DNA from: Ruminococcus sp.
Lineage (GTDB): Bacteria; Bacillota; Clostridia; Oscillospirales; Ruminococcaceae
Reading direction: 5' to 3'
Assembly: GCA_014799805.1 (NCBI GenBank)
Contig: JAAVHJ010000033.1
Location: 2,326 to 66,325 of the forward strand
DNA: 64,000 bases
In this document: one piece after another, positions 52,361 to 63,500 of the stretch
Position numbering within the stretch: the stretch's first letter is position 1
Layout: each line of letters opens with the position of its first letter
Notes under the pieces: generated by a model
Told to the model about the DNA's origin: nothing
Database searches by the model: none
The model's input: only the letters and a program-made list of their open reading frames with translations
Translations under genes and position numbers: made by a program

Positions 52361-54895
52361 TTGAAATTACTTGTCATTGACGGAAATAGCATGATTCATA
52401 GGGCTTATTATGGCGTGCGTGCGTTATCTAATCATGCGGGAATTGCTACAAATGCAATTTTTGGCTTTATGAATATGTATTTGAAAGAAATTGGAGCTGT
52501 CAAACCTGATGCTGTTGCAGTAGCATTTGATTTAGATGTTCCAACGTTTCGACATGAAAAAAATGCAGAATATAAAGCTAATCGTAAAGGTATGCCCGAA
52601 GAATTAGCAATGCAAATGCCTTATGTGAAACAAATTTTAACTAATTTAGGCATTGCTTGTGTGAGTGCTGAAAAATTTGAAGCAGATGATATTTTAGGAA
52701 CACTTGCAAATGCCTGTGACAAGCAGAATCAGGAATGTATTTTGATGACAGGCGATAGAGATAGTTTGCAATTAATTACTAAAAATACGACTGTGCATTT
52801 GGTAAAAAATCAAGAAATGATTTGTTATACACCTGAAAAATTTCAAGAAGAATACGGATTCGCACCAGAATATTTAATTGATTTAAAAGCCTTAATGGGT
52901 GATAGTTCTGATAATATCAAAGGCGTGAAAGGGATTGGCGAAAAAACAGCAAAAAATTTAATTCAGGCATGGAATAGCATTGAAAATTTATATGCGAATT
53001 TAGAAACGATTTCTGCAACGCCCAGAATTAAAAAATTACTCACAGAGGGCAAAGCAAATGCGGAAGAAAGTAAATTTCTTGCAACTATTGTGAAAAATGC
53101 CCCTGTTTCTGTGAATTTGCAAGATTATATTCCCAAAAAGCAAGATTCTGAAAATTTAAGAAAGATTTTAACAGAATTAGAATTAAATCGCCTGTTAGAA
53201 CGTCTGCATTTACAGCCGTTAATTTCTACGGATACGCAAGATATAATAATTACAAAAAAACAAATGCCTGAATTTATTTTTTCTGATAAAATCATAAAAA
53301 AATCTGATAAGCCTGTGAGTTATATTTTTTCTGGACAAGAATTAGTGATTTGTCAAGATAATTTGATTATGAAAACACAGGATAAAACAGAAATTTTAGA
53401 TTTTTTAGAATCTGATATTGAAAAAATTACGGATAATGCAAAGCCACATTATCGCTATGCATTTGCAAATCATAGAAAATTAAATAATTTAATATTTGAT
53501 GCGTCAATCTGTGGTTATGTATTAAATCCATCTGAAACAGATTATAGTATTTCTGCATTATGTAAAAATTTAAATATCTCTTATTTTGAAGAATTAAAAA
53601 ATTTAGCTCCTGTACAGGCTTTAGCTGAAATTTACAGAAAAGGCATTCAGCAATTAGAACAAGATAATTTATTAAAACTTTGGCGAGAAATTGAATTGCC
53701 TTTGATTAGAGTACTTGCCTCTATGGAACATGTTGGCGTGCTAGTTGATACAAAAGGCATTCAGGAATTTGGAAACATGCTTGCAGGGCTAATTGCAGAA
53801 ACAAAACAGAAAATTTATGATATTGCAGGCGAAGAATTTAATATTGCTTCTCCGAAACAATTGGGCGTAATTTTATTTGAAAAGCTTAATTTACCAGTTG
53901 TGAAAAAAACAAAAACTGGTTATGCTACCAATGCCGAAGTTCTGGAAGAATTACTAGAAAAAACAGGACATGAAATTATTAATTATATTCTGGAATATCG
54001 AAAATATACAAAACTACAGTCAACTTATGTTGACGGCTTATTATCTAAAATGGAACCTGACGGCAGAATTCACACAAATTATAAACAAACAGAAACCCGC
54101 ACAGGACGAATTTCTTCTACAGAACCAAATTTGCAAAATATTCCGATTCGTACAGAATTAGGTCGACAAATGCGGAAATTTTTTAAAGCAAGTGAAAATC
54201 ATATTTTGCTGGACGCTGATTATAGTCAGATTGAATTGCGTTTAATGGCTGATTTAAGTCAAGATAAAGCCATGCAACAAGCTTTTCTTTCTGGTTTTGA
54301 TATTCATACTGCAACAGCATCTAAAATTTTTAATGTTCCAGAGCTGTCAGTTACTTCTGAAATGCGTAGTACTGTAAAAGCAATTAATTTTGGGATTCTT
54401 TATGGCATGGGAGCTTATTCTTTGTCAAAAGATATTCATGTGTCTAAACAAGAAGCAGAAAATTATATTCAGGAGTATTTAGGCTCTTATCCTAAAGTTT
54501 CAGAATTTTTGGATAATATGATTAAAAATGCTACTAAAAATGGCTATGTTTCTACAATGTTTGGCAGAAGAAGATATATTCCAGATTTGACATCTAAAAA
54601 TAAACAAGTACAAGCTGGAGCAAAACGTATTGCCATGAATACACCTGTACAGGGCAGTTCAGCGGATATTATTAAGCTTGCCATGATTCGTGTGCATGAC
54701 AGACTTGAAAAAGAAGTCCCAAGTGCAAAATTATTATTACAAGTGCATGATGAATTAATTATTGAAGTACCAGAATCAGATGCTGATTCCGCACAGAAAA
54801 TTTTACAGGAAGAAATGACCAATGCTGTAGATTTATCTGTGCCATTAATTGCCGAAGTCAAGAAAGGGAAAACTTGGTATGACGCAAAAGATTAG
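52361..54895 (+). CDS. polA: DNA polymerase I
   Basis: 5'-3' exonuclease N-terminus (LLVIDGNSMIHRAYYG) and polymerase motifs DYSQIELR and QVHDELI. TTG start after GGGAGGGG. Confidence 0.95.
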   Translation: MKLLVIDGNSMIHRAYYGVRALSNHAGIATNAIFGFMNMYLKEIGAVKPDAVAVAFDLDVPTFRHEKNAEYKANRKGMPEELAMQMPYVKQILTNLGIACVSAEKFEADDILGTLANACDKQNQECILMTGDRDSLQLITKNTTVHLVKNQEMICYTPEKFQEEYGFAPEYLIDLKALMGDSSDNIKGVKGIGEKTAKNLIQAWNSIENLYANLETISATPRIKKLLTEGKANAEESKFLATIVKNAPVSVNLQDYIPKKQDSENLRKILTELELNRLLERLHLQPLISTDTQDIIITKKQMPEFIFSDKIIKKSDKPVSYIFSGQELVICQDNLIMKTQDKTEILDFLESDIEKITDNAKPHYRYAFANHRKLNNLIFDASICGYVLNPSETDYSISALCKNLNISYFEELKNLAPVQALAEIYRKGIQQLEQDNLLKLWREIELPLIRVLASMEHVGVLVDTKGIQEFGNMLAGLIAETKQKIYDIAGEEFNIASPKQLGVILFEKLNLPVVKKTKTGYATNAEVLEELLEKTGHEIINYILEYRKYTKLQSTYVDGLLSKMEPDGRIHTNYKQTETRTGRISSTEPNLQNIPIRTELGRQMRKFFKASENHILLDADYSQIELRLMADLSQDKAMQQAFLSGFDIHTATASKIFNVPELSVTSEMRSTVKAINFGILYGMGAYSLSKDIHVSKQEAENYIQEYLGSYPKVSEFLDNMIKNATKNGYVSTMFGRRRYIPDLTSKNKQVQAGAKRIAMNTPVQGSSADIIKLAMIRVHDRLEKEVPSAKLLLQVHDELIIEVPESDADSAQKILQEEMTNAVDLSVPLIAEVKKGKTWYDAKD

Positions 54896-55349
54896 AATTA
54901 AAAAAATTTCTGAATCAGATATAGATTTATTAAAATCCTGTGCAGAATTAGAAAAAATTTGCATTCCAGAACCTTGGAGTTATGAAAGTTTTTTATCAGA
55001 AGTCAAGAAAAAAAATGCTTATATTCTGGTTGCTTTTGATAATTTCAATAATTTTAATCAAGTTGCTGGCTTTTTAACAGCAAGTTATGTCTTAGATACA
55101 GCAGATTTGACAAATATTGCTGTTGCACCAGAATTTAGAAATCAAGGCATTGCTTCGAAATTATTAAAATTTTTATTACAGGAATTAAAAAATTATCATA
55201 TATTTCTGGAAGTCAGAATTTCTAATATTCCAGCGATTAATTTATATCAGAAATTTCATTTTAAACAAGTGGGCATTCGGAAAAGATTTTATCAGAATCC
55301 GATAGAAGATGCTATTTTAATGCAATATGGAGAAGAAAATTTATGTTAA
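54879..55349 (+). CDS. rimI: GNAT acetyltransferase, RimI-like
   Basis: NIAVAPEFRNQGIASKLL is an acetyl-CoA binding motif. It lies directly upstream of, and overlaps, tsaD. Confidence 0.7.
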   Translation: MTQKIRIKKISESDIDLLKSCAELEKICIPEPWSYESFLSEVKKKNAYILVAFDNFNNFNQVAGFLTASYVLDTADLTNIAVAPEFRNQGIASKLLKFLLQELKNYHIFLEVRISNIPAINLYQKFHFKQVGIRKRFYQNPIEDAILMQYGEENLC

Positions 55350-56362
55350 TTTTAGGAATTGAAACTTCTTGCGATGAAACAGCCGCAAGTGTTGTACAAG
55401 ATTGTGTAATTCAAAAATCGTCTGTGATTGCTTCACAGGCGATGGAACATAGGCTTTATGGAGGCGTTGTTCCTGAATTGGCTTCCAGACGGCATTGTGA
55501 AAATATTCTTGCTGTCACACAACAAGCTTTAACACAAGCGAATGTTACAATTCAGGATATTGACGGCATTGCAGTCACTTATACCCCTGGATTAATTGGA
55601 GCTTTATTAGTTGGTGTGAATTTTGCAAAAGGTTTAGCTTTTGCTTCTGGAAAGCCTCTGATTCCCGTACATCATATTATGGGACATATTGCGGCGAATT
55701 ATCTTGCACACCCAGAATTAAAGCCGCCGTATTTATGCCTTGTTGTCAGTGGTGGGCATACAATGCTTGTTGAAGTCAAAGATTATACCAAATTTCAAAT
55801 TTTGGGTACAACCAGAGATGATGCCGCTGGTGAATGTTTTGATAAATGCGGTCGTGTGTTAGGATTCCCTTATCCAGCAGGTGTGCAGATTGATCATGCT
55901 TCTAAAACAGGTGACAGTTACAAATACAGTCTGCCCCGTCCCAGAGTTGCAGGAAGTGCCTTAGATTGTAGCTTTTCTGGCTTGAAAACGGCTGTGATTA
56001 ATCAAGTGCATCATGCAGAACAAATCGGCGAAGAAATCGACAGAAACGCTATGTCAGCATGTTTGCAAAGAACCATTGCAGAAATTCTCACTGAAAAAAC
56101 GGAACTTGCCGCTGCATTAACAGGCTATACAACAATTGCTATGGCAGGTGGTGTATCTGCAAATTCTGGATTACGTTCTGCTATGCAAGAAATATGCCAA
56201 AAGCATAATTATCAACTTTATGTTCCGCCTTTGGAGCTGTGCGGAGATAATGCCGCTATGATTGCTTGTCAAGGGTCTTATAACTATCTTGCAGGTATGA
56301 CAGCGGACGAGAGCTTAAATGCCTATGCTTCGGGTACAGCGATTGGCGAAATGAAAGTATAA
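55343..56362 (+). CDS. tsaD: tRNA N6-adenosine threonylcarbamoyltransferase TsaD
   Basis: ILGIETSCDETA, VHHIMGHI and GGVSAN motifs. Confidence 0.95.
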   Translation: MLILGIETSCDETAASVVQDCVIQKSSVIASQAMEHRLYGGVVPELASRRHCENILAVTQQALTQANVTIQDIDGIAVTYTPGLIGALLVGVNFAKGLAFASGKPLIPVHHIMGHIAANYLAHPELKPPYLCLVVSGGHTMLVEVKDYTKFQILGTTRDDAAGECFDKCGRVLGFPYPAGVQIDHASKTGDSYKYSLPRPRVAGSALDCSFSGLKTAVINQVHHAEQIGEEIDRNAMSACLQRTIAEILTEKTELAAALTGYTTIAMAGGVSANSGLRSAMQEICQKHNYQLYVPPLELCGDNAAMIACQGSYNYLAGMTADESLNAYASGTAIGEMKV

Positions 56363-56368
56363 TAATAA

Positions 56369-56396
56369 ATCCCCCATATCACGCATGGGGGATTTT
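56369..56396. terminator. Bidirectional terminator between tsaD and pilA
   Basis: ATCCCCCA-9 nt-TGGGGGAT followed by TTTT. Confidence 0.7.
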
Positions 56397-56421
56397 GTAT
56401 ATTAGGTTAAGTAAAATCTAA

Positions 56422-56913
56422 TTATGCACAAGCATCAGCTAAAGCGAATGTAGTATAGTTATCAGTTGTAGCACCTGTTGGATGACCGCCAGTATAAACA
56501 CCATCTGTACACCATGCACCAATAGCAGCCATATCTTGAATTCTAAAGCTATAGTCATTTAAATCACTTACACCTGAGAAATATTGTGCAACTTTATACT
56601 GTAAGTCAGCTTCATCGCCACCAGCAGCACTTGGGTTTGATGCTGGAATAGTAGCACCTTGCTTATATGGTGAAGTTGTGCAGTCTGTAGAAGCACCAGC
56701 TGTACCAATTACATGACCTTCGGAATCCATTTCTACTAAAGATGTAGCAACTGCATCATATAAGCTCTTAGCATTAGAGTTCATAGCAGAAACTTTGGAT
56801 TTTTTCACATAACCCAACATGGACGGTACGAGGATAGCTGCCAATACACCAATGATAGCGATTACAACAATCAGCTCAACGAGTGTGAAACCTTTCACTT
56901 TTCTTGTTTTCAT
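56422..56913 (-). CDS. pilA: Major type IV pilin PilA
   Basis: MKTRKVKG/FTLVELIVVIAIIGVLAAILVPS is a class III signal. It is 163 aa with a strong AAGGAGG RBS. The 39 upstream codons in the track are not coding. Confidence 0.9.
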   Translation of the reverse strand: MKTRKVKGFTLVELIVVIAIIGVLAAILVPSMLGYVKKSKVSAMNSNAKSLYDAVATSLVEMDSEGHVIGTAGASTDCTTSPYKQGATIPASNPSAAGGDEADLQYKVAQYFSGVSDLNDYSFRIQDMAAIGAWCTDGVYTGGHPTGATTDNYTTFALADACA

Positions 56914-57020
56914 AGCGAAAACCTCCTTATAATATAATAATAAATATAATATTTTGCGGCATAAAACCGCAACCGTGGAATTCACTGCATAAGCCGTACC
57001 AGTGTTTTCCTCACAAATAT

Positions 57021-57049
57021 AGTTTAACATATATCTAAACTTTTGTCAA
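57021..57049 (-). promoter_or_regulatory. Sigma-A promoter of pilA with a roughly 105-nt leader
   Basis: On the minus strand: TTGACA, 17 nt, TAAACT. The leader contains the hairpin TTGCGG-7 nt-CCGCAA (56954-56972). Confidence 0.5.
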
Positions 57050-57423
57050 TAGTTTTTTCATAAAAAAACAAACTATGAACAAATTTTTACAAAATTGAGA
57101 TGTAAAACGTTTAAGTTAACACTTTTTTCGTCAATTTGCACAATTAGTATCAAAGACAGTATATTTCCTAATTTGCTAGTAACATCGCTATAAATTCTAT
57201 TTTTAACAAAAATGTTGTTAATAATTTATACATATATTCCTCAATGTAAATGCCAAAAAACACGATATTTGTACATATATTACAGCTGTTAGTGCTGATT
57301 TATTCATAATTCAGACATATTTTTATCAGTGATTAAAAATTGACATTCTTTGATTTTGTCAGTTTGAACAAATTTTTAATCATTTTTTCATACAGTTAAT
57401 TTTCATAATCTCTTAAAAAATGC

Positions 57424-57453
57424 TTGACAACAAAAGTTAAATCATGGTATAAT
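57424..57453 (+). promoter_or_regulatory. Sigma-A promoter of the giant adhesin gene
   Basis: TTGACA, 18 nt, TGgTATAAT. Confidence 0.5.
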
Positions 57454-57508
57454 AGAGCTGATAGTCGTTAGATTATCTAATATTTTTACAGAAATGGAGG
57501 AATATTGT

Positions 57509-60500
57509 ATGCAGATACAACAACGGGAATTGTCAGTGCGACAACGAGCGGTTAGCTTCCTATTAGCAATCTTAATGATTCTAATGGGTATTCCGTCGTC
57601 ACTCACGTCTACCTTGGCAGATGGTCCTATGGGTGGTGGCTTGAGTGGTTATAATTTGGGCAGAAATAACGTGCTGACAAATGTGTCTGTTTCGTTCTAT
57701 GATAGCAAATTTCATGCGATTACCGAAGCAGATAGTGGCGAACTGTTCTATTTATCTGTTCAGCTCGCCGGCAACAACGTCAATGAACCATTTGGAAAAG
57801 ATAATTTCCGTCTGGAAATTTCAGACAATAATTTACTTCTTCCAAACTTTGCTGGCAATGGTTTCAAAGACGGTGCTGTGTATAACGGTTTCACTTTGCA
57901 CTATGATGAAGCAACTGGAAAACGTTATCTTGATTATGATATCCGAAATGGTGATACCAAAATGATTCGTTTGCAAGCAAAGTTTGCAAATGGTATCACA
58001 CCAGATGGACTGAAGGAAACTGTTAAGTTAATTCAAACATCATCTGGTAAAACGATTAGCAACACTATCACAGCTAATTCTAATCTTGCTTGGAATCAGA
58101 ATAAATCGCAAGATAAAAATATGCTGTCTGGTGATGCATTCAAAAATGGAGGCTCTGTTACAGTGAATTATACACTGTCTGCAAGCTCCAACAATGCAAA
58201 CAAAAGCAAAGGTGCATGGTTTGCTAGTGGTTTGCACTTCGTGGATAACTTAAAAATTCCCGAAGGTATAAGTGCTGAAATCACAGAAGATATTGTAAAA
58301 AAAGCAATTGAAAATGCTGGTTTCACAGTATCCGATGATGCCAAAGTGACAGTTACCCAATCAGGAGATACTATCAAAATTGAGTTCTGGGTGGACAGCA
58401 AAGACGAATCAAAAGAAATGGATTCTGTTAATATCATATTACCTGTTACATTCACTTGTGATGATCCAGAAATATCTATCACAACAGATAATGTAACAAT
58501 TACGAATGGATTAACAGTATCTGTAAGTGGTATTGGTGAAGAAACTTACAAAGAAATTAGCAAGAGTAGTGTTTCTTTGTCAGTATCAAAGCCAACTGTG
58601 TCAAAAGCAAGTTTTGAAATTACTAAGAAAGCTGATCCAGAGTCATTAGATTATGATGAGAATATGACCGCAGGAACAAACGGAAAAACAGCTACTGTAA
58701 AATATACTGTTACTGTTAAAAACACTGGTGATAAGAAAGGCGATATTACATTGAAGGAAGACCCTGCATCAGACATTACAATTAATTCTATAAATCTTCC
58801 TGAAAATGTTCCTGATGGTGTAACCGCAACAGTAGATGGCACATCTTCTATCACAATTAAAGATGTTCCTGCAAAGAGTGATGAAATAACCTTTATTGTA
58901 AATGCTACGATTACAGCAAGCGGTGTAGGTTCATTTACGAATCATATCTACGAAGAAGGTAACGAAAATAATGGTGCCTATGCTACAACAAATGTAACTA
59001 AAAAGGAAGCTAAAATTACTTCAGATAAATTTGGTTGGGTAGGCACAAACCCAAATGATACAAGTGATAAAGCTTATAAAGCAGGGGAACAAATTAATTA
59101 TAGCATTATCATTAAAAATACTGGTACTGATAACAAGAAAGTCTCTGTAATAGATGACTTGTCTGCAGTCGTTGATGGTACTAATTTCATTGAGAATGGT
59201 GTCATAACTTGGAAAGACACTGCTACTGTTACAGCTAAAAAAATTAGTAATGGTACAGCGGTTGATGTTTCAAATATCAGTACTAACTTAATTAATAATA
59301 GATATGATACAGAAATTAAAGTAGATCCAGATACAGAAATTACAATTACATTTAGTGGTACTGTTAATGGTACTACAACTGGCATTGGTGATGATGCTGT
59401 TACAACAATTCCTGATTCAATTACAAATAATGCTGAAGTAGACGAAAAACCAGTATCTGCGACATTAACCAAAGGTAAACCAATTTTAGGTGTGACTAAA
59501 ACTGCTGATAATAGACAAATAGTAAAAAATGGTGGAGAGCAAACTGTTACTTATGAAGTTGTAATCTCAAATACTGGTAAAGTAACCGCAAATGATTTGG
59601 AAATCACAGAGAAGCCAGAAGATGGAATTACAATTAAGAGTGTAAGTATTGCTACTGATAAAACATCTTTAACAGGTGTAGAAGATTTAGAAAACTTAAA
59701 CGCTGAAATTAAAAGTAATGTAATTACAATCAAAAATGGTGAAGAAGAAATAACATCATTAAATGATGGTGATAAAATCACATTAACTGTTACAGCAACA
59801 ATTAACCCTACAGAGGATACTTATAAAAACGAAGTAGAAGTTTCAGCTGATAATGCTGATAAAGCCACTGGTTTTGAGACAGTATCTGCAACAACACCGC
59901 CGAAAAAAATGTCTATTACAAAGGAACTTGTTAAAGTTAATAATGAAAAAGTTCCAAATGATACAGAAATTTCTATTGGTGATAAATTAACTTATCAGAT
60001 AAAAGTAATCAATGATGAAGAACCAACTGATGATGAAGATGAGAAAAAAGCTAGAACTATAGAAAACTTGTATTTGGCAGATTTTTGCAATGCAGTAAGA
60101 TTTGATGAAAATTTAACTCTAACCATTATAAAGGATGGTCAAGAAGACTATACTATAGAGTGTAGAAATAACAAAGATGATAAATTTTCTAATGCTGTGA
60201 ATAGTGTTAATTTGAAACCAGGTGAATCTGTAATTATACAATATGAAGCTACTGTGCAATCCTGTAGTAACGGGCATTATGATGGTTGTATGCACACATA
60301 TACATCGATATGGTATGTCATTCCTGCGAACTATCCTGATACTAAATATACGAATACTAACCCTTTTGAAAACGGAAAAAATGGTGTTTATAACTATGTT
60401 TTAGTAGGAGAAGCAGATAATAATGGATTGTTGAATAAATATAGTGCTGAAGATCTTACATACAATGAGCTTGATAGCAAAAAAGTAGACCTAGGGAAAT

Positions 60501-63500
60501 ATGTTACAGGTAATCCTGATATTTTTCGTTATGCTGAAACAGAAGACGAAATAGATGGGGACTACATACTTAATTTGACTGACCTAACAGAACAGGAAAT
60601 CAAAGACATTAGAATCGAATATACATTAAATGTCACAGGCCAAAATAATGACTATTCTGGTAAAGAAGTTACAATTACTGATATATTGCCAAAAGGCATG
60701 GAATTAGTAGGAATCCCCGAAGTTTCCAATGGAAATACAGCTGAAATTACAAATTTTACCCAAGAAAATGGAATTTTAAAACTTATTTTAACTTCAATTA
60801 GTAGTCTTGGTAATAGTAAAGATGCTAATAGCTATAATAATACTATCGAAATTAAATATACTTTGAAGTTTTCAGATGAGAAAGTAGCAGAGCTTGTTGC
60901 AATGGGAGCTACTACTAAAAAGAATTTTAAAAATACCGCTGAAGTAGTATTAAAAGACAACGGAAAAACAGCTTCCTCCTCTGCAATATTCACTGCAACA
61001 AAAACATCTCCTGCCCCAGGTTTTGCGAAAAAAGCAGTTGCTTCTTTTGCAGGAACAGATATGAATGAAGAGGGTGTTCAATTCAGCCGTGTAGAAAATG
61101 GTTATATTACTGCTGGTGACTCTTTGATTTGGGACTTAGTTGTATATAACGGTGATGGTACTTCAAAGAACGTTGCAGATTTTCCGCTTGCTAACATGAG
61201 TGTAACAGATATTTTGCCAAGTGTATATTCTTATGCAAGTACCCCTGTATTATCTGCTAAGATTTATCAGTTAGATAAAGAACAAGAAGATAGTACAACA
61301 GATAGTCCAAAATATGGTTACTTTGATTCTAAAGATAAGGACGGCGTTGCTGATAATATTGATGAACTGTTCAATTATGGAACAGTTAAACAGGAAAATG
61401 TAGCTGTAACATACAATAATGATGGTACATTTACATTACCTGATATTACACTTAAGGCAAACCAATGCTTAGTAATCCGTGTTCTGACGACTATCAAAGA
61501 CGGACAGGAAACAGAGGGCGTTATTACCAACAAAGGTTATTTGACAACAGACAAAGAATATTCACAAAATGCAGTCGTTGCAGGTGAACCAAAAGGCAAG
61601 GAAATCTGGAACTATGCAAACTATAACATCGTTGGTTTAACAACAGAATCTTGGAAGACAATTAATTACAAAAATGAAGGTCACACAGGCGACCCACACA
61701 CAGACCCTAAAACAGATACAGGTTATAGCCGTGAGGCAACACATAACTATATACAGGGTATGCAGGGCGAAAAAGTAACTTATGAATTGCATATCAAGAA
61801 CACATCACCACAAAACTTAGAATCATGGACAATCATCGACAGATTACCATATGTTGGCGATGTTGGCTTAGTGTCTGGATTTGAAAGAGATTCTGCATTT
61901 GGCGTGATGATGGGAGAAATTTCTAAAATTACAGTTGGTGGCGAAGAACTAGCCAAATCAGATTATGAAGTTTCTTATTCTACAGATAAGACAACTGTAT
62001 TGACAGAATATTCAAAAGACTGGTTTAGAGGAACTTCTGGCGAAATGCAATGGAGTTCTAAAAAAACAGATTCTACAATTGATTTTAGAGTAGCATTTGT
62101 TAAAAATGAAAACACAATTGTAGAACCTGGTGAAGAAATCGTTATCACATTCACAGGTTATGTACCTGCTTATGTCGCAAATACAGGGGAAGATAATATT
62201 GCATGGAACTCTTTTGCATATGCTTATCAATGCCCATCTATATTTGGTGATGATTATGTCATGGTAGCAGAACCTGCAAAAGTTGGTGTATGGGTAGAAC
62301 AACCAGATAATACAATTACAATTACTATTAATAAAACTTCTGACACAGCAGGCACATTCTATTTTGCATTATTTGACACAGCAGATGCTACAGGAAATCG
62401 CTTGAGTGATGTAATTTCCATTACAATTCCAGCAGGCGCAACAACAGGCTCAACTTCTATGAAAGTCGCATTGGCTGAATTAAATGCAAAAATAGAAGCT
62501 TTGAAAACAGATCATAATACTTCTGATGAGCAAGCAAATAATTTCTATGTTGTAGAAACAGACCAATACGGCAAAGCATTAAAGGGCTATACAACAACAT
62601 ATGAAAATCAGGAAATTTCAACAGATACAACAGAAAATGTCACTGTTACTATTAAAAATACTGCAAATGTTGGCAAAATTACAGTTAATAAAACAGTAAC
62701 AGGGAATGACTTTGAAAAAGACACATTCTATTTTGCACTGTATGAATTAGTTGATGGTCGTTATGTTCGTTATGAAGATGTCCCAGTAGGAACAATCACG
62801 ATTAACAGTACAGACGACAAAGGAACATGGACATTTGAAAATGTACCTGCTGACGGCACAAAATTCTATGTATTAGAATGCAATGCTAAGGGCGTATTAG
62901 CAGATAGTGCTGAAAAGACACAGGAAACATATACTTCTGCTTCTGGTGCAACTTATGCTGTAACAAATAGCGGAGCTGTTACATTGACAGACACTGTAAA
63001 AACGGCAACAGTAAATATTACAAATAATAAACAAGTTGACTATTCTATTACTGTTATGAAATCTTTGGTATTGAAAGAGCTTGAAAATGCAAATCTGACA
63101 GGAACATTTAAAGTTGGTTTGTTTAACAATGCAAATGGTACAGGTGAACCAATTGAGACAAAAACAGTAGCCAATGGTCAAGAAGTAGTATTTAAAAATT
63201 TGGAAGCAGAAACGACATACTATGTGTTCGAAATGATTGGTAATACTGTTATTAATGACAATATTGATCATAAATTTACATTGACAAATACAAAAGTAAA
63301 AGATCCAATTACAAATAAAAATGAAACAAAAAATGTTGATATTTGGACCTCTTATGATGGTAATGGTGTAACACTTGATGAAGCAAACAATAAAACATCA
63401 GCAACTATTGTAGTAACTAATACTGATAGAAATCTGAACCAAATTGAAGTGACTAAGATTGCTATTAATGAAGCATTAGAAAGTGATAACAAATATGAAT

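Noticed and set aside
56914-57020. A possible c-di-GMP riboswitch in the roughly 105-nt pilA leader, as found upstream of some clostridial pilin genes.
   Set aside because: I could not find GEMM-I or GEMM-II hallmark segments, only one short hairpin. A covariance-model scan would be needed for certainty.
58040-63271. Seven minus-strand ORFs of 65-124 aa listed by the ORF track (for example 58168..58482, 59098..59472, 62897..63271), plus the plus-strand ORF 57681..57965.
   Set aside because: All of them lie inside, and antisense to or out of frame with, the uninterrupted 2164-codon plus-strand ORF starting at 57509. Their products are low-complexity, with no RBS or recognisable motifs, so they are shadow ORFs.
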